Assembly (NCBI RefSeq): GCF_001194135.2
Contig: NC_068985.1
Span: forward strand, 97,750,596 to 97,789,848
Direction of reading: 5' to 3'
Source: Octopus bimaculoides
Taxonomy: Eukaryota
DNA: 39,253 nt
Notes under the pieces: model-generated
What the model was told of the DNA's origin: nothing
The model's database searches: none
Seen by the model: only the letters and a program-made list of their open reading frames with translations
Position numbers and translations under genes: made by a program
In this document: positions 33,997-39,253 of the stretch, in pieces
Numbering within the stretch: the stretch's first letter is position 1
How the letters are laid out: each line of letters opens with the position of its first letter

Positions 33997-34202
33997 CTTT
34001 ACTCTTTTACTCTCTTACTTGTTTCAGTCATTTGACTGCGGCCATGTTGGAGCACCGCCTTTAGTCGAGCAAATCGACCCCAGGGCTTATTCTTTGTAAG
34101 CCTAGTACTTATTCTAGCGGTCTCTTTTGCCGAACCGCTAAGTAACGGGGACGTAAACACACCAGCATCGGTTGTAAAGCGATGTTGAGGGGACAAACAC
34201 AG

Positions 34203-34235
<33 letters not shown>

Positions 34236-34306
34236 CATATATACGACGGGCTTATTTCAGTTTCCTTATACCAAATCCACTCATAAGGCTCTGGTCGGCC
34301 GGAGGC
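33997..34306 (-). mobile_element. SINE family B, head lost in gap
   Basis: Colinear with 11200-11610, with about 45 bp of internal (CA)/(TA) and a (TTTTACTC)n tail on the + strand. Confidence 0.92.
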
Positions 34307-34494
34307 NNNNNNNNNNNNNNNNNNNNNNNNNNNNNNNNNNNNNNNNNNNNNNNNNNNNNNNNNNNNNNNNNNNNNNNNNNNNNNNNNNNNNNNNNNNNNN
34401 NNNNNNNNNNNNNNNNNNNNNNNNNNNNNNNNNNNNNNNNNNNNNNNNNNNNNNNNNNNNNNNNNNNNNNNNNNNNNNNNNNNNNNNNNNNNNN

Positions 34495-35704
34495 ATATAT
34501 TTGTTTTAACACTTAAGCTAAAGATTGTATTATACCTCACAGTTTTATTATTTTTGTTTCTACGTTTGGGAGTTAAAGGCCTGGGTGTATATATCCTGTT
34601 CTATCAAAGATCTGCTTCAACTAAATGCATCGTTTTAAAAGTGAAATACTTTTGTAAATGTATTTGCATCAGAGGATACTGATGATAAAGGTCTATAAAT
34701 AACGGAGACTAATGTTTGAAGAAGTAATAGCTAAGTAATAGAGTGATAATAATTCACAATATCAAATTGAAAGAACCGGCGATTTGTTTGTCTATTAAAT
34801 TAAGCTAGTGAATTATTCTGTATTGAACAAGTTATAATTCCATCCCTGAAGTTTCACTACATTTCTAACTCTAAAAATATTAGGATCAAGGGGTTTCTTA
34901 CTAGATATACCTGGATTTGTTTAGAGTTTTGTTTATTTATTAACTTATATTTAAAGTAGCTAACAAATTTTTTTCGTGAAAGTGATATGAGCTGAGCGGG
35001 AGACTAATGCTTTCTATCTTACCGTTTATATTAAGCGCTGATGTGAATCCTTGTTAAATAAATTTATGAGTGTCAACTTGGAAGTTTTTCTACTTACTGG
35101 TAATACTATTAGTTAATTGTCTTTTATAAAAGATTTATTTCTTTTTTATCTAAATCTATATCAACATTGAAATATATCTGTTCTTGATGAGCCAAAACAT
35201 CCAGATTGGTGTTTTTTTAGATGACTCTGAAATTTGTTGCTAAATTTACGAAGTGTAATGTTTCATATCAGTTTACATAAATCCTTTTCAAATAATTCTA
35301 GATACCTCATCTGCAGCGGGCTTTTGTTAGTATTAAATGAAAACTTTTCACTACCAAAAATATTCAGTTTTACATTTTACCTTTCCACAGAAATACGAGA
35401 GGATGATGAAAAGTTCTTGGTTTTAAGGGGATCGCGAAAAGCCTAACTGAAGGCCCTAACTTCCAAGTTCTTTTACAAGGCTTAGAAAACCTGAAGTACT
35501 GCTGCAATATGTGTGTGAATATGAGAGAGGAATATATTGAATTTAAAAAAATCATAATTAACTGATCCACCAGGAATTTTTCAGCACCCCCTAGTATACT
35601 TGCCATTTCGACCTTAAGAAATCTTCTATTTTCTCAAGTAAAGCCTGTTAGCTACCGTTTCTTAGAACAGCAATATTCTGAAAATTCTAACGGATATCTT
35701 TCCA
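34495..35704 (-). pseudogene. decayed Penelope-like retroelement ORF (N-terminal domain, RT entry, thumb), RT core apparently deleted
   Basis: Frameshifted minus-strand peptides: MERYPLEFSE; QALLEKIEDFLRSKWQVFLWK (after removing the MITE); KSPLQMRYLELFEKDLCKLI*NITLRKFSNKFQSHLKN; RRFFQFDIVNYYHSIT (RT motif-A-like); LSSVSSDANTF; YTPRPLTPKRRNKNNKTVRYNTIFSLSVKTNI. These match PLE motifs as I recall them. Confidence 0.8.
35396..35594 (+). mobile_element. 199-bp mariner-derived MITE with TA TSD
   Basis: TA at 35394-35395 and 35595-35596; 25-bp TIRs 19/25. Internally encodes LQGLENLKYCCNMCVNMREEYIE, resembling the mariner C-terminus. Excision restores the PLE frame. Confidence 0.9.
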
Positions 35705-36114
35705 TATTTATTATTTTAAGTGTTTTATTACTGCGCTTTACTCTGTGATTAGGTAGATATGCTGTACTGTAATATGCAAAGTCTTCATTATGGTCAGGAA
35801 GGTTAAAAGGGAGCGCTCGATATTGAAATTAGAAACCATTTATTTGGCTGAAAGCTCAAATTTCGTACTTCTCAGAGTTTCACGTTTCTGATTTTCAAAC
35901 AAAATCTGAACAAAAGAGCATTACACGTGAGATTTTACAGGAACTTCGAGATTAGTTGGAGGAAATTGATGAGGGTGTTAACCGAATGATGCACTAAATA
36001 TACAACGCAAATAACTCATGTTGAGATTTCGATTCAGAGCCTGAAGAAGAGGAAAACATACTGAAAGGCGTACCATCCGAAGCTTTAACGTTAACGCCAA
36101 TCCCTCTTTCTAGA

Positions 36115-36259
36115 CAGGCACTTCATTTATCAAACCCAAAAGGATGAAAGACGACATTGACTTCGGTGGCATTTGATCTCAAAATGTCAGGTACCGAAAC
36201 AAAACTATCGCAAAGTATTCTTTGCAAAGCTCTAATGATTCAGTCAATTTGCTGCCTAT
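36115..36259 (-). mobile_element. degenerate SINE family C
   Basis: CACTTCATTTATCAAACCCAAAAGGATGAAAGAC...GACTTCGGTGGCATTTGATCTCA...TAATGATTCAGTCAATTTGCTGCCTA. Confidence 0.75.
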
Positions 36260-36341
36260 GAAATTAAAGACTGTTCGAAGAATATTCAGAAAAAAGGTGA
36301 CATGTGATCAGCTGCATGTGAAAAGATAAATTTCAATAAAT

Positions 36342-36413
<72 letters not shown>

Positions 36414-36540
36414 NNNNNNNNNNNNNNNNNNNNNNNNNNNNNNNNNNNNNNNNNNNNNNNNNNNNNNNNNNNNNNNNNNNNNNCAGGTGGTGTAGACAAC
36501 AAACAGATGTATTAGTTTAACGCTCGGGAAGTGAAAAAGT

Positions 36541-36576
36541 CTTTAATGTTTCGAGCCTACGCTCTTCCACAGAAAG
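36541..36576 (-). ncRNA. degenerate minimal type-I hammerhead-ribozyme-like motif (PLE pseudo-LTR type)
   Basis: Minus strand CUUU-CUGUGGA-A-GAGC(GUAG)GCUC-GAAA-CAUU-AAAG: stem I CUUU/AAAG and a perfect 4-bp stem II. The core deviates at A6 (U), and the stem-III palindrome AACGUU reads AACAUU. Confidence 0.55.
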
Positions 36577-36829
36577 GAACACGAAAAGAAACAAGAAGAG
36601 AAAATAAAGAATGTGTAGTGGCTAGCGATCTATCATGGCGAATGCCGGACAGAGGGGTCACACAGGAGAGCTAAGAAGAAGGGGAGATAATAAAGTAGCG
36701 GTAATCTCAAAACGAAGGTGCGCGTGCGTGTGTATAAGAGAGTATGTATGTGTGTGTGGATGAGAGCTGGTGACCTTGACGTGTGCATGTGTGTGTAGGT
36801 GTGTGGATGTGGGGCTGGGAAGTGGTCAG

Positions 36830-36965
36830 TGCTAGCGTGTGCGTGGTGTGATGTGATGTGATGTGGTGTTGTGTGGTATGGTGGTGTATGGTGTAGTGGT
36901 GTGTGGTGTGGTGTGATGAGATGGATAGGGAAGGTGGGGTTGGATTGGGTAGGGGTGGGTGACGA
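36830..36965. repeat. (GTGTG/GTGAT) pentamer-type G-rich degenerate array
   Basis: Directly visible. Confidence 0.85.
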
Positions 36966-37190
36966 TGAAGGGGGAAGGGAGAAGGTGGGTAAGAGTGAAG
37001 ATATATATATATATATATACATATATATTAGAGGAACATAAGTGCGGTTTAAAATTTGAAACCCCACTTACGTTACTCTTTTGTACATACGCCACACATG
37101 GAACCAACCCGGGGTCGGATCTACGGTTTATATTGAATTTGGTATCTTTGTCTGTCTGTCTCTCTCTCTCTTTCTTTCTCTTCCTCTATG

Positions 37191-37223
<33 letters not shown>

Positions 37224-37226
<3 letters not shown>

Positions 37227-37968
37227 TGTAGGCTGCCACATATAATAAGGCCCTACAGGATAGCGGCTTTACTGATAAAACTTCAACCCCACCACTCCCT
37301 ATATCACGTAGTCGTTAGAATAGGTCTCGGAAAGTTTTATGGTTTGCCCCTGCCACTTCTCGTTTAATGTTACGACAAATATAGGTAGAAGATTCTTGGA
37401 CTTAGTTGATATCCACTTCCCTAGAACCCGGAGATGCAATAAAAAGCTTCCTTTTCTTGTCCTAATGTTAAGTCGTGTATCAATAAGCAACGGATGAGTC
37501 AATCCTGCACCGGATGCACATGTTGTGACAAATCTAAATGTCCTCTAGGATATGAATGCGATACATCTTCTGTTGTTTATGAGGCACAGGTTTCAGCAAA
37601 CTACGACAATGGTCTTACAAATATCAAACGTTACATCGGAGCTGTGGAAGGAAAATTTTAACGGCCATCTTTCGAATTTTGGATACTGTGATAAGAGACA
37701 TTCAACAAGGCTTTCAGCTTTAATCTAAAAACTTGAAGACGAAGGGGTCAATTGCAAATATCAAATGGAAAATCCTCTCTAAGTCCATATCCTATATTAA
37801 TGGATCTAAAAGATTGCTCAGTGTGTTCGCTTGGACAACTGTAGCAATTAAAACACTTGAGAACCTCCAACGAACATACATTCGAGGAACGAGATTTTCT
37901 CTTCATGTCCACATTTCAAAAAATACATCTTTTCGGAAGTTAGAAGTAGACCACTAGAAACGTATTAA
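37224..37968 (+). pseudogene. 5'-truncated Penelope-like retroelement 3' part: thumb, Cys-rich linker, GIY-YIG endonuclease
   Basis: Frameshifted peptides: AATYNKALQDSGFTDK; NRSRKVLWF; FSFNVTTNIGRRFLDLVDIHFP; CTCCDKSKCPLGYECDTSSVVYEAQV...KRYIGAVEGKF*R; HSTRLSALI*KL; NIKWKILSKSISY; CSVC; RNEIFSSCPHFKKY; stop at 37966-37968. Confidence 0.88.
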
Positions 37969-38418
37969 ACCATTAACATCTGCTTAACGTCTGCTTCATA
38001 TCGAATTATTGTAACGTTGGTTATCTCCCTTGTGTTTTTCCTTTTGTCTTATTTACAAGCGTTTCTTGTTTAAACATTGCTTAAAAGACAACTGACAAAC
38101 GATCTTGCTTTCAGTTTGATAAATGGTGGAGGAAATTATTATTTCAACCGGGAGTCCCTGGGTAGCTATAATTGCAAAATTTGTGGCTTTTAATTTAAGA
38201 TTATCTTTATTCTCTTAGCTCACCAAGTGCTTTTCTACATATCAAAGTTTTACCAAATAATATATATATACACATACAAACACATCTGCTGTTTACTATC
38301 AACAAATAATACCTAATAATTATTTAACCTGACTGTGAACACAACGTTATGACACCCAATCAATGCTGGCGTCCTACTTGCTTATATGCCCAGATTCTAA
38401 TGAAACCTGTAGCTAATA

Positions 38419-38419
<1 letters not shown>

Positions 38420-38463
<44 letters not shown>

Positions 38464-38504
38464 GTCTGTCTATCTATCTGTCATCTGTTTGACTATCTGT
38501 CTGT

Positions 38505-38562
<58 letters not shown>

Positions 38563-38574
38563 NNNNNNNNNNNN

Positions 38575-38627
<53 letters not shown>

Positions 38628-39253
38628 GTACATATGTATACACACGCATACATACACACACTCACACATATATATGCATACATACATACATGCATACATA
38701 TATACACGCAGACAGTATTGCCGTGGTTAGTCTTTTTTTATGTTCATATTTATTGTTCAATATGCAGATTACCCAGATATTTTCAGAGGCGTCCTCTGCA
38801 AACTGTAGAGTTTACCTGAAGAAACTTGTTTTGATTGAAAGGTACTTTTCAATACTTGCATCGAATACTAGCTGTTCTATTCGGATTCACGAATTTTTTC
38901 AGACCCTAATCTTCTTTTCTTTCTGTCTGTCTCTCCCCCTCTCTCACTTTCTCTCTATATCTATGTATGTGTATCATATATTGTTTTGTGTTGCTAACGT
39001 GTGAACCAGGATATACATACATACATACATACACCGTTATATGCGTGTGTGTGTGTGCATATATGTATGTATATACGCGTATGTTTTATGACTAAGCACA
39101 CGTCAATAAACCATTAAAACTCTGTATTCTGGTTTGAGTACGCTTTCTTCCGTTTGTCACATCTAACGTGTGTAAATGTGTGTGTGATCGTATGTGTGCG
39201 CTGAGTATGTGTATATATATATATGTGCATATATATATATATATATATATATA
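38420..39253. repeat. compound (CTAT)/(CT)/(TA)/(CATA)/(TG) microsatellites
   Basis: Arrays at about 38420-38720 and 39010-39253. Confidence 0.93.

Noticed and set aside
36041-36080. CTGAAGAAGAGG...CTGAAAGGCGTACCATC as a hammerhead
   Set aside because: Stem II does not pair and stems I and III are out of register.

Overview
AT-rich, microsatellite-saturated eukaryotic draft-assembly DNA with many N gaps. It is most likely an octopus (coleoid) genome; this is inferred from repeat composition and SINE families recalled from memory, not from a search. I can identify no host protein-coding gene with confidence, and nearly all long ORFs in the supplied track are microsatellite or N artefacts. Supported content: (1) more than 25 copies or fragments of three tRNA-headed SINE families (called A/A', B and C here), several with target-site duplications; (2) a decayed mariner transposase element and two mariner-type MITEs; (3) a Helentron-associated (HINE/DINE-1-like) non-autonomous element; (4) two decayed Penelope-like retroelement (PLE) fragments in divergent orientation, with a degenerate minimal hammerhead-ribozyme motif between them; (5) at least seven fold-back/palindromic structures, with arms from about 33 to about 730 bp. 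More speculative: a phase-consistent chain of minus-strand exon candidates, two of which share an exact 46-bp segment, and a pair of abutting small ORFs, the second resembling sarcolamban-type micropeptides. All alignments were done by eye and element ends are accurate to about 10 bp unless a TSD or TIR fixes them.
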